Positions 28,042 to 35,786 of a DNA stretch of 64,000 bases are shown in pieces. The stretch is from Candidatus Aminicenantales bacterium (GTDB lineage Bacteria > Acidobacteriota > Aminicenantia > Aminicenantales > UBA4085): positions 1 to 64,000 of the forward strand of contig JBEKTZ010000014.1 of NCBI GenBank assembly GCA_049515535.1. The letters are read 5' to 3'. The position numbers and the translations under genes are program-made. Numbering within the stretch: position 1 is the stretch's first letter; every line of letters begins with the position of its first letter. The notes under the pieces are model-generated. The model did not search any database, had not been told where the DNA came from, and was given only the letters and a program-made list of their open reading frames with translations.

Positions 28042-28725
28042 GTGATTTCTGGTAACGTGCTACAACGCGTTCTCTTTATCCGAAATGGAGATCAGGTGGG
28101 CACCGCATTCACAATTGAAATTGATGAACGTCAGTATTTAATTACTGCCCGTCATCTCGTTCCTCCAGAATCGAATCCTCTATTAATTGATGTTTTTTCT
28201 AATGGTCAATGGTCAAGAGTTAATGTGACCACTATCCTAATTGTTCCTGATGACGTTGACATCTCTGTTCTTGCTGCGCCAATACAGCTAACCCCCACGC
28301 CTCCAATTAATGTTGACGGCAGTTGCCACCTCTCTGAACAAGTTTACTTTCTAGGTTTCCCTTACGGATTAAAGATGGATGAAGACAACGCTACATCAAT
28401 CAACAACGGGTTACCGTTACCATTTGTAAAACATGCAATAATATCTACCTTCGAAGGTTTGGGGTTATCTAATCGATATCTATTGGATGGCTTCAATAAT
28501 CCCGGTTTTTCAGGTGGCCCTGTCGTTAGGGGAGGTCAAAATCCCAACCAAATGACCATCATTGCTGTGGTTTCTGCCCGTCATTTAATTCAAGAGCCTG
28601 TCGTTGTAGCAGGCAGGCCCTCCGCAATGACAGTTCCAATTAGTACAGGAATTATGGTCGCTTATCCAATAAATAGAGCCGTTGAGGCTATTCGACAACA
28701 CCCCATCGGTTTTGTCGTGAAATGA
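28042..28725 (+). CDS. Cassette 3: trypsin-like serine protease
   Basis: GTAF..YLITARH, DISVL, NNPGFSGGPV triad; GGAGG before GTG 28042 (frame open from 28003). Confidence 0.85.
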   Translation: MISGNVLQRVLFIRNGDQVGTAFTIEIDERQYLITARHLVPPESNPLLIDVFSNGQWSRVNVTTILIVPDDVDISVLAAPIQLTPTPPINVDGSCHLSEQVYFLGFPYGLKMDEDNATSINNGLPLPFVKHAIISTFEGLGLSNRYLLDGFNNPGFSGGPVVRGGQNPNQMTIIAVVSARHLIQEPVVVAGRPSAMTVPISTGIMVAYPINRAVEAIRQHPIGFVVK

Positions 28726-28756
28726 ACAAGTATCGGTAGGCCAAAACGAGAAATGC

Positions 28757-28884
28757 GCCTAACAACGGCATGGAGCCGACGCGCTTCGCGCGACCTCACG
28801 AGTGGCGCTTTGCCGGTTGGTCGTTTTGGTTAACGTGGGGCGCTTTGCCAACGCCGCGCGCGGCTCATGCCGCTGCCGTTAGAC
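28757..28884 (+). other. attC site 3 (128 bp)
   Basis: GCCTAAC..CGGCATGGAGCCG/CGGCTCATGCCG..GTTAGAC; R'' nearly complements cassette start GTTAGACGC. Confidence 0.92.
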
Positions 28885-28906
28885 GCTTACCTTTGTGTAA
28901 AGAGAT

Positions 28907-29044
28907 ATGTGCAAGATGATGAGCTTGAGGTCAAGCAACCACCAACTCGCCCCTGCGACAGCAACGTGCTTTCTGCTCACCCCGACTTGCGTCGCTCAGC
29001 CTGCGCCATCTGACCATGAAATTGTTGCCAAAGCTGATGGTTGA
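28907..29044 (+). pseudogene. Cassette 4 remnant (45 aa, signal-peptide-like, no attC)
   Basis: ATG 28 nt after the crossover; MCKMMSLRSSNHQLAPATATCFLLTPTCVAQPAPSDHEIVAKADG*; stop lies inside the -35 box of the next host promoter. Confidence 0.45.
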
Positions 29045-29069
29045 CAGACCGCGTTTAGCCTTATATAAC
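29041..29069 (+). promoter_or_regulatory. Sigma70-type promoter of the DUF853 gene
   Basis: TTGACA-17 nt-TATAAC. Confidence 0.75.
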
Positions 29070-29095
29070 GAACTCAGAAACGAAAAGGAGAGAAC

Positions 29096-30631
29096 ATGGC
29101 CAACGCATCCCCCTTATTAATCGCCAAGGGCGAGCGCGAGCTTTATCTTCTGCCTCGCATGGCTAACCGCCATGGGCTCGTCGCGGGCGCGACCGGAACG
29201 GGAAAAACGGTTTCGCTCCAGGTCATGGCCGAAAACTTCAGCGCCATCGGCGTCCCCGTTTTCATGGCCGACGTGAAAGGCGACCTTTCGGGCATCTGCC
29301 GCCCCGGCACGGCTACGCCCAAAATCCTGGAGCGCATCAAGACGTTGAATCTGGGCGACTACGCGTTCGACGGCTGTCCGGTCACGTTCTGGGATATCTT
29401 CGGCGATCAGGGCCATCCGGTCCGGACCACGGTCAGCGAAATGGGGCCGCTGCTCCTCGGCCGCCTCTTCAACCTGAACGATATCCAGAGCGGAGTTCTT
29501 TCTCTCGTCTTCAAGATCGCCGACGATAACGGCCTTCTTCTGCTCGACGCCAAGGACCTGCGGGCCATGCTCCAATACGCCGGCGACAACGCCGACCAGT
29601 TCACGACCGAATACGGGCGAATCTCCGCGGCGAGCATCGGCGCCATTCAGCGAGCGGTGCTCGAGCTCGAAAACCAGGGCGGGGACCACCTCTTCGGCGA
29701 ACCCGCGCTCAACCTGGACGATTTCCTGCAGACGGACGGCCGGGGAAGAGGGATGATCAATATCCTGGCCGCGGACAAGCTGATGTCGTCGCCCAAGATG
29801 TACGCCACCTTCCTCCTCTGGATGCTGGCCGAGCTTTTTGAGCGCATGCCCGAGGTCGGGGACGTGGACAAGCCGAAGCTCGTCTTTTTTTTCGACGAAG
29901 CGCATTTGCTGTTCGCCGACGCGCCCGAAGTGCTGCTGCAGAAGATCGAACAGATCGTCCGCCTCATCCGGTCCAAGGGCATCGGTGTCTATTTCGTGAC
30001 CCAGAACCCCCTCGATGTCCCGGACGTTGTCCTCGGCCAACTCGGGAACCGTGTCCAGCACGCGCTGCGGGCGTTCACGCCCCGCGATCTGAAGGCCGTC
30101 CGGGCCGCGGCCACGACGCTTCGGGCCAATCCGAAGGTCGATGTCGAAAAAGCCATCGGCGAGCTCGCCGTCGGCGAGGCCCTGGTTTCTTTCCTCGACG
30201 AAAAAGGCCAGCCGGGGATCGTGGAACGCGCGTTCGTCTTGCCGCCGAAAAGCCAGATCGGCCCCATCGCGCCTGACGTCCGCGCCCAAATCATTTCCCA
30301 TTCGGTTCTTTACGGCCACTACGAGAAGGCGATCGATAGAGAGTCGGCGTATGAGATATTGAAACAGCGCGGGGAAAGATTCACCCAGCAGCCGCAGCCG
30401 GCTCCCCGGCCCGGGACGGAACAGCCGTCCTATCCCGGAAATTTTCCGCAGCCGCCCCCGGGCCGGATCCCGTTGCCCCGGGAGCCGAGCGGACCCCGTC
30501 CTGCGGGCCGGCCGCGCGATACAATGCTCGAGTCGATGGCCAAGAGCGCCGCCCGAGCGATCGGAAGCTCGGTAGGCCGGCAGATCATTCGCGGCATCAT
30601 GGGTTCGATCTTGGGCGGCGGAAGAAGATAG
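29096..30631 (+). CDS. DUF853 / HerA-like P-loop ATPase (YjgR family)
   Basis: [58 protein letters not shown]. Confidence 0.93.
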   Translation: MANASPLLIAKGERELYLLPRMANRHGLVAGATGTGKTVSLQVMAENFSAIGVPVFMADVKGDLSGICRPGTATPKILERIKTLNLGDYAFDGCPVTFWDIFGDQGHPVRTTVSEMGPLLLGRLFNLNDIQSGVLSLVFKIADDNGLLLLDAKDLRAMLQYAGDNADQFTTEYGRISAASIGAIQRAVLELENQGGDHLFGEPALNLDDFLQTDGRGRGMINILAADKLMSSPKMYATFLLWMLAELFERMPEVGDVDKPKLVFFFDEAHLLFADAPEVLLQKIEQIVRLIRSKGIGVYFVTQNPLDVPDVVLGQLGNRVQHALRAFTPRDLKAVRAAATTLRANPKVDVEKAIGELAVGEALVSFLDEKGQPGIVERAFVLPPKSQIGPIAPDVRAQIISHSVLYGHYEKAIDRESAYEILKQRGERFTQQPQPAPRPGTEQPSYPGNFPQPPPGRIPLPREPSGPRPAGRPRDTMLESMAKSAARAIGSSVGRQIIRGIMGSILGGGRR

Positions 30632-30768
30632 CCGGGCGGCCGGACCGGAGTCAGCCGGGAATCGATCATCGATTTTCTTCGCCGCTTGTTTCACGTCCTT
30701 CGAATTCCGGGTCATGAGAAAAATCGGGATTTGGAGCGTTATCCTCTTTGTCCCGGCAATCGTCATCC

Positions 30769-31746
30769 ATGCAAGACCACAAAATCGCCTTGATCGGCAA
30801 ATCCTCCGCGATCGGCCAGGTCAGGGCGCTGATCGAGAAGGTCAAAGACCTCATTGCTCCCGTTTTGATCTACGGCGAGAGCGGGACGGGCAAGGAACTC
30901 ATCGCACGCGCCATCCATGAAACGGGGGCGCGGGGAGACGGCCAGTTCGTCGCGGTGAACTGCGGAGCCATCCCCGATCATCTTTTGGAAAGCGAACTGT
31001 TCGGATACGCCCGGGGAGCGTTCACGGGCGCCCTCAAAGACAAATCCGGGCTGATCGAAGAAGCCGACGGAGGGACGTTTTTCCTGGACGAAGTCGGCGA
31101 TCTGTCGTTTCCCCTCCAGGCCAAGCTCCTCCGCCTGCTCCAGGAAAGGGAGATCCGGAGGATCGGCGAGAACCGGACCCGCTCGATCAACGTCCGGTTC
31201 ATCAGCGCTACGAACAAAAACCTCGAGCAAGAGATCGGGCGCGGAAATTTCCGCGAGGACCTGTATTACCGGCTGCGCATCATCACCATCGAGATTCCCC
31301 CGATCCGCGAGAGAAAGGACGACCTCCTCCTTCTCCTGGATCATTTCGCCGAGAAATACAGCGGCGACCTGAAAAAGGAACGGCCTTATTTCTCTCCGCG
31401 CGCCCTGGACTTGTTGATGACTTATCGCTGGCCCGGCAACGTCCGCGAGCTCCAGAACGAGGTTCAGCGCTGTCTGATCCTTTGCGGAGAGGACCGTTTC
31501 TTGCGCGAGGAATATTTGTCGCCGAGAATCAACCCGCAGCGGGAGACGTCGACCGGCTCGGATTACAACTTTTTCGAGGCCAAGGCCGAATTCGTGCGCC
31601 GTTTCCTGAACCAGGCTTTGCAGCGCTGCGATTTCAACAAAGCGAAAACGGCCGAGGAAATCGGGATTTCGCGGCAGGGGTTGTTCAAACTCATCAAGAA
31701 GCACAAGATCGAGGAAGACCGGGAAGATCTCGAAAAGGAGCCGTAA
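30769..31746 (+). CDS. Sigma54 enhancer-binding AAA+ activator lacking an N-terminal regulatory domain
   Basis: GESGTGKE, ESELFG..GAFTGA, FLDEVG, FREDLYYRL, WPGNVREL, C-terminal Fis HTH. Confidence 0.93.
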   Translation: MQDHKIALIGKSSAIGQVRALIEKVKDLIAPVLIYGESGTGKELIARAIHETGARGDGQFVAVNCGAIPDHLLESELFGYARGAFTGALKDKSGLIEEADGGTFFLDEVGDLSFPLQAKLLRLLQEREIRRIGENRTRSINVRFISATNKNLEQEIGRGNFREDLYYRLRIITIEIPPIRERKDDLLLLLDHFAEKYSGDLKKERPYFSPRALDLLMTYRWPGNVRELQNEVQRCLILCGEDRFLREEYLSPRINPQRETSTGSDYNFFEAKAEFVRRFLNQALQRCDFNKAKTAEEIGISRQGLFKLIKKHKIEEDREDLEKEP

Positions 31747-31791
31747 TCCCCGGCATTTGATTCCCGCTTCCATTTTTGCTATTTTGACGTC

Positions 31792-32058
31792 ATGAGTTCC
31801 GAAAAAGGAAAAGTCGTCGAGGCCGTCTGTCCCTGCTGCCGGACCGTTCTCTGGGTGGAGTCCACGACGGGCAACGTCGTGAAGTCCGAAAAAGCCGTGA
31901 GGGCGAGAGAGTCGTTCGACGACCTGCTCCTCAAGGAAAAAAAGAAGAAAGAGGAGTTCGCCACGAAGCTGGAGGCGACGGCCGATCTCGGAAAACAAAA
32001 GCTGGCCAAGGCCAAGGAAAAATTCGATCGGGCGTTCGAGAAGCCGGACGAGGAATAG
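31792..32058 (+). CDS. Small protein with N-terminal CPCC zinc-ribbon-like motif and coiled coil
   Basis: VCPCCRTVLWVE; charged helical C-terminus. Confidence 0.75.
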   Translation: MSSEKGKVVEAVCPCCRTVLWVESTTGNVVKSEKAVRARESFDDLLLKEKKKKEEFATKLEATADLGKQKLAKAKEKFDRAFEKPDEE

Positions 32059-32082
32059 ACCGGAAGTTCCGGGCCGTTATTC

Positions 32083-33510
32083 TCAGCGGCCGGCCGCCGC
32101 CTCATCGTCCGGGACGCTCGGCGCCATCGTGAATTTCGTGAATCCGTAAAGGGCGAGGATGAAGATCGCCGCGTAGTTGCCGACGGCCCAGGGCAGATAA
32201 GCCAGAACGCGGACGCCCAGGACCCCGGTGATATAAACGCCGGCGATGCTCCACGGAATGAGCGGGACGATGATCCCCCCGCATTCGTCGATGATCCGCG
32301 AAAGGTTCTTCGCGGCCAATCCCTTCTTTTTGTACACGGGCGAGAGCAATTCCCCGGGAAGGATCACGGAGAGATAGGAGCTTCCCGTGACCAGGGCCGT
32401 GGTCAGGCACGATCCGATGGTCACCAGCACGAGGCTTCCGACCCTGTCGGCCGCCTTCATGACTTTTCCGAGGATGACCGAAAGCAATCCCGTCTTTTGC
32501 ATGATTCCGCCGAAGCTGAAGGCGGTGAAAAGGACCAGCTGGGATTCCATCATGCTCATCAGGCCGCCCCGCGCCAAGAGATTGTCGACGATCTCGACGC
32601 CGGTATGCGCGGGATAGCCCGTGTTTACAGCCTGGGCGAGTTCGCGGAGAGAGGCCTTTTGAAAGATCACGGCTAGGACGGCCGCGACGAGCGCCGCGAC
32701 GAGCATGGCCGGGATCGTCGGTTTTTTCCTGATGGCCAGGATGAGGACGATGGCGAGCGGCAGGAGCAGGAGGACATGGAACCGGAAATTCTTCTTGAGC
32801 GTGTCGAGGATCAGGGTCATCGTTTCGGACTGGGCCGATGCGGCGCCGTATTTGAGGCCGGCGAAAAAAAATACGGCCATGCTCAGCAGCCAGCCGGGGA
32901 TGGCCGACAGCAGTGTGTGCTTGATATGGTCGAAGAGGTCGACGCCGGCCGTGACGGCGGCCAGGTTCGGAATTCCCGAAAACGGCGAATTCTTGTCGCC
33001 GAAATAGGCGCCGGTGACGATGGCCCCGGCGGCCATGCCCAGCGGAATTCCGAGGCCCATGGCGATCCCGATGAACGCCACCCCCACGGATCCGATCGTC
33101 CCCCAGGACGTGCCCGTCGCTAGGGCCGTGATCGTGCAGACGAGGCAGGTCGTCATGAGGAACAATTTCGGCGAGATGAGCTTCACGCCGAAGTAGATGA
33201 TCATGGGAATGGTGCCGCTCGCCATCCAGGTGCCGACGAGGATGCCGACCGCGAGCATGATCAGGATGGCGGGCATGGCTTTTTTGATGCTTTCGACGAT
33301 GCCCTGCTCCATGTCCTGCCATTTGAAGCGGAGCAAAAAGCCCAGGCCTCCCGTCAGGAAGGCGGCGCAGACGAGCAAGACCTGGGGCGGGATTTTATAA
33401 ATGCCGTAGCCCACGCCGAGGAGAAGGCCCATGGCCAGGAGGGGGAGAAGGGCGATCCAGAGGGCCGGCCTCTTTTCAAGCGCATCCGTCGATTCTCTCT
33501 GATGATCCAT
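32083..33510 (-). CDS. nhaC: NhaC-family antiporter/transporter
   Basis: GTWMASGTIP, ATGTSWGT, GAYFGDKNSP, LAAKNLSR, LIPW. Confidence 0.9.
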   Translation of the reverse strand: MDHQRESTDALEKRPALWIALLPLLAMGLLLGVGYGIYKIPPQVLLVCAAFLTGGLGFLLRFKWQDMEQGIVESIKKAMPAILIMLAVGILVGTWMASGTIPMIIYFGVKLISPKLFLMTTCLVCTITALATGTSWGTIGSVGVAFIGIAMGLGIPLGMAAGAIVTGAYFGDKNSPFSGIPNLAAVTAGVDLFDHIKHTLLSAIPGWLLSMAVFFFAGLKYGAASAQSETMTLILDTLKKNFRFHVLLLLPLAIVLILAIRKKPTIPAMLVAALVAAVLAVIFQKASLRELAQAVNTGYPAHTGVEIVDNLLARGGLMSMMESQLVLFTAFSFGGIMQKTGLLSVILGKVMKAADRVGSLVLVTIGSCLTTALVTGSSYLSVILPGELLSPVYKKKGLAAKNLSRIIDECGGIIVPLIPWSIAGVYITGVLGVRVLAYLPWAVGNYAAIFILALYGFTKFTMAPSVPDDEAAAGR

Positions 33511-33571
33511 ATGAATCGCTCCCTTATGATCGCCGCGACGCTCCTTGGCTCGCGGCGACCCGTGCCCGTTC

Positions 33572-34747
33572 TCAATCCGTTCGGAACGTCCTCCGCGCGA
33601 GAAGCTTGCCGTCGCGCATCATGATCCGGCCCTTGGCGATGACGTCCGTCAAATTCAGGTCCCGGTCGAGAAGAACCAAGTCCGCGTCTTTACCCGGCGC
33701 GATCTCTCCTTTTTGTTCGAGTTTGTAAAAGCGCGCGGGGTTCGTCGCGAAGAGGCTCGCCGCCTGTTCCAGACTCAAGATGTTTCTCCGGACGAGCGAC
33801 CGGAATTTCTCGAAGAGCGTCTTTTGGGCGGCGATCGTCAGGCCCAGTAAATGGCCGCGGCCGTCGAATTTGGGCAGGCTCCCATTTCCATCCGAGGTCA
33901 CGGTCACGCGGTCGAGCGGAGCCTTTTTATCCAAGCAAAGACGGACCGCCGTTTCGACGCTGACGCCGGAATCGCTCTCGTCTTCGGGATCCACTCCCGC
34001 GGTCAAATCGACATAGCCTCCGGCCAGGAGATATTCCAAGGCTTCTTCGAGAAGACGGCGGTTCCGGTTGACATGGGTGGGGATGACCTGGCTTGCCGGG
34101 ATCTCGGTCTCTTTCATCAGGCGAAATAGATATTCCAGCCCCCTGGCTCCGTCTCCCAGATGCAGGTGCAGGACGCCCGCTTTGCCGCCGAGCATGCCTC
34201 CGACCCGGCATTCCGCCGCAAGGCGGGCGATCTCTTCGAACGTCGGTTGAGCCGAGCGGTGGTCGGAAAGGGCGATCTCGCCCGCGCCGACGACCTTGTC
34301 GATAAGGACGAGATCCGACCGGACGCTTCCGGTGATGGTCTTCACCGGAATTTCATAGGAGCCGGAAAAAATGAACGTCGTGACGCCCTCGATCTCGAGG
34401 GCCCTGGCCTTGGCCAGGAGCGAGGACATGTGGCGCGTGATCCCATCCGTTCCCAGACAGCCGATGAGCGTTGTGACGCCGCTCGCAACGATATCCTCGA
34501 TGGCGATCTCGGGCGCCCGCGTCGCCGGCCCGCCCTCGCCGCCTCCTCCGAGGATATGGACGTGGCTGTCGATCAGGCCGGGCAGAAGACATTTCCCCCG
34601 CGCCTCGATGACCTCGATGTCGAAACCCTGCACTTTGATCGCGCCCGGCTCGGCGACGGCTTCGATCCGGCCGCCGGCGATCAGAACGTCTTTCGGCCCG
34701 AGCGGCCGCGGCGCATGAAGAAGCCCGGAGCGGACGAGGATGATCAC
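33572..34747 (-). CDS. iadA: Isoaspartyl dipeptidase (beta-aspartyl peptidase)
   Basis: IDSHVHILGGGGEGG, GCLGTDG, GEIALSDHRS, PTHVNR, TSDGNGS; GTG start after AGGGAGG. Confidence 0.95.
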   Translation of the reverse strand: MIILVRSGLLHAPRPLGPKDVLIAGGRIEAVAEPGAIKVQGFDIEVIEARGKCLLPGLIDSHVHILGGGGEGGPATRAPEIAIEDIVASGVTTLIGCLGTDGITRHMSSLLAKARALEIEGVTTFIFSGSYEIPVKTITGSVRSDLVLIDKVVGAGEIALSDHRSAQPTFEEIARLAAECRVGGMLGGKAGVLHLHLGDGARGLEYLFRLMKETEIPASQVIPTHVNRNRRLLEEALEYLLAGGYVDLTAGVDPEDESDSGVSVETAVRLCLDKKAPLDRVTVTSDGNGSLPKFDGRGHLLGLTIAAQKTLFEKFRSLVRRNILSLEQAASLFATNPARFYKLEQKGEIAPGKDADLVLLDRDLNLTDVIAKGRIMMRDGKLLARRTFRTD

Positions 34748-34863
34748 GAGAGCCTCCCTATTTTGACCTGAGGGTTTTGGCTCAAGCCAAGCTCTCAACT
34801 TAGCACGTTCTCTTGGGATTTTCAAGGCGGTGAACGCCTGGCCTCTCCGGGTTCTGAGAGGAA

Positions 34864-34969
34864 ACGGCGGCCGGGGCCCCGGGCTTTCCCCGGGGGTCCA
34901 ATTCCGTCGTACTCGCCCGTGGATATAAGCCACGGGCGAGTGGCGAGCTGAAGGCTCGTCCCTTGACTT
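34864..34969 (+). repeat. Modular hairpin repeat family B, copy 1 (modules A-B-C)
   Basis: Shared with 50706-50869 (reverse) and 53512-53576; perfect stem ACTCGCCCGTGG/CCACGGGCGAGT. Confidence 0.9.
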
Positions 34970-35010
34970 GATTGTTCCGGCCTTTTTTGAGATAAATACA
35001 CTGACCATCG

Positions 35011-35781
35011 ATGCCTACCTTCGAGGAAGAGCTCCAAAGGTTTGACCGTTTCATCCGGCTTGTCAGCGGAGTGTCGCTCCTCGGCAAAAAAGTTATCGTC
35101 TGCGGCGAGGAGAATTTCGTCAAGGACGGTCCGAACATCATCGTCGGCAATCATTGCGGGAGTTTCAAGGACGTGGCCACGGTCTTCCGCATCGTCCCCC
35201 GGCCGGTGTTCTTCACGGCCAACAGGCAGATCTTCGATCAGAGAGAACTGAATCGTCTCGTCAGAAAGCACCTCCATCGGCACGTGGGTAACATTGGCGT
35301 TTTGTTGAACTTTCTGCTCTTGCCCTTCAAACGGCTGTTCGTCACGTATGTCTCTTCCAATATCGCCAAGATCGGGACCATCCCCGTGGATCTCGACAAT
35401 CATGGAAAACGGGAAGCCATCGAGCGCTGCCAGGAATATTTGAAGGCCGGCCGGGTCGTCGTCGCCCTCCAAGGGCGAGGCCGGGTCGTTCCCGGGGACC
35501 CGAATCCCTACGTTAAGGCTTTCGGCCTCGGCATTTCCATCGTCGCCGCCAATCTGCGCGATCGCTACGGGATCAGCGTGCCGGTGACGCCCGTGGCGTT
35601 TTACGGGACCCAGCTTCCCTTCCTCATTCCGGGCAAGATTCTGGTGAACGTCGGTAAGCCGATGCATATCGAGGCCTATATCGGAGGCAGCTTCGAAGAG
35701 TCCGTGGCGCGCTTCAAGGACGCGCTGGAAGCGGCCGTCAATAAGCTTTTCCTCGAACTCATCCGGCCGCAGGGAGCCTAG
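35011..35781 (+). CDS. Lysophospholipid acyltransferase family (PlsC-like)
   Basis: IIVGNHCGSFKD motif I; ALQGRG motif III variant; VPVTPV. Confidence 0.8.
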   Translation: MPTFEEELQRFDRFIRLVSGVSLLGKKVIVCGEENFVKDGPNIIVGNHCGSFKDVATVFRIVPRPVFFTANRQIFDQRELNRLVRKHLHRHVGNIGVLLNFLLLPFKRLFVTYVSSNIAKIGTIPVDLDNHGKREAIERCQEYLKAGRVVVALQGRGRVVPGDPNPYVKAFGLGISIVAANLRDRYGISVPVTPVAFYGTQLPFLIPGKILVNVGKPMHIEAYIGGSFEESVARFKDALEAAVNKLFLELIRPQGA

Positions 35782-35786
35782 CCATC

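Larger units (their letters stand above)
26313..29044 (+). mobile_element. Degenerate integron (intI remnant, attI, 3 complete cassettes, 1 truncated cassette)
   Basis: IntI C-terminal remnant, three attC sites, co-oriented ORFs starting shortly after GTT crossover points, visibly AT-richer than flanks. Confidence 0.92.

Noticed and set aside
27228..28884. CRISPR array or REP interpretation of the spaced palindromes
   Set aside because: The sites differ in length and sequence, flank whole ORFs and carry AAC/GTT boxes, so they are attC sites; no cas genes are present
34748..35008. Extended N-terminus of iadA, and ORFs 50691-50906 and 53409-53609
   Set aside because: These are translations of repeat family B (shared VKGRAF..PGAPAAV text), not independent genes
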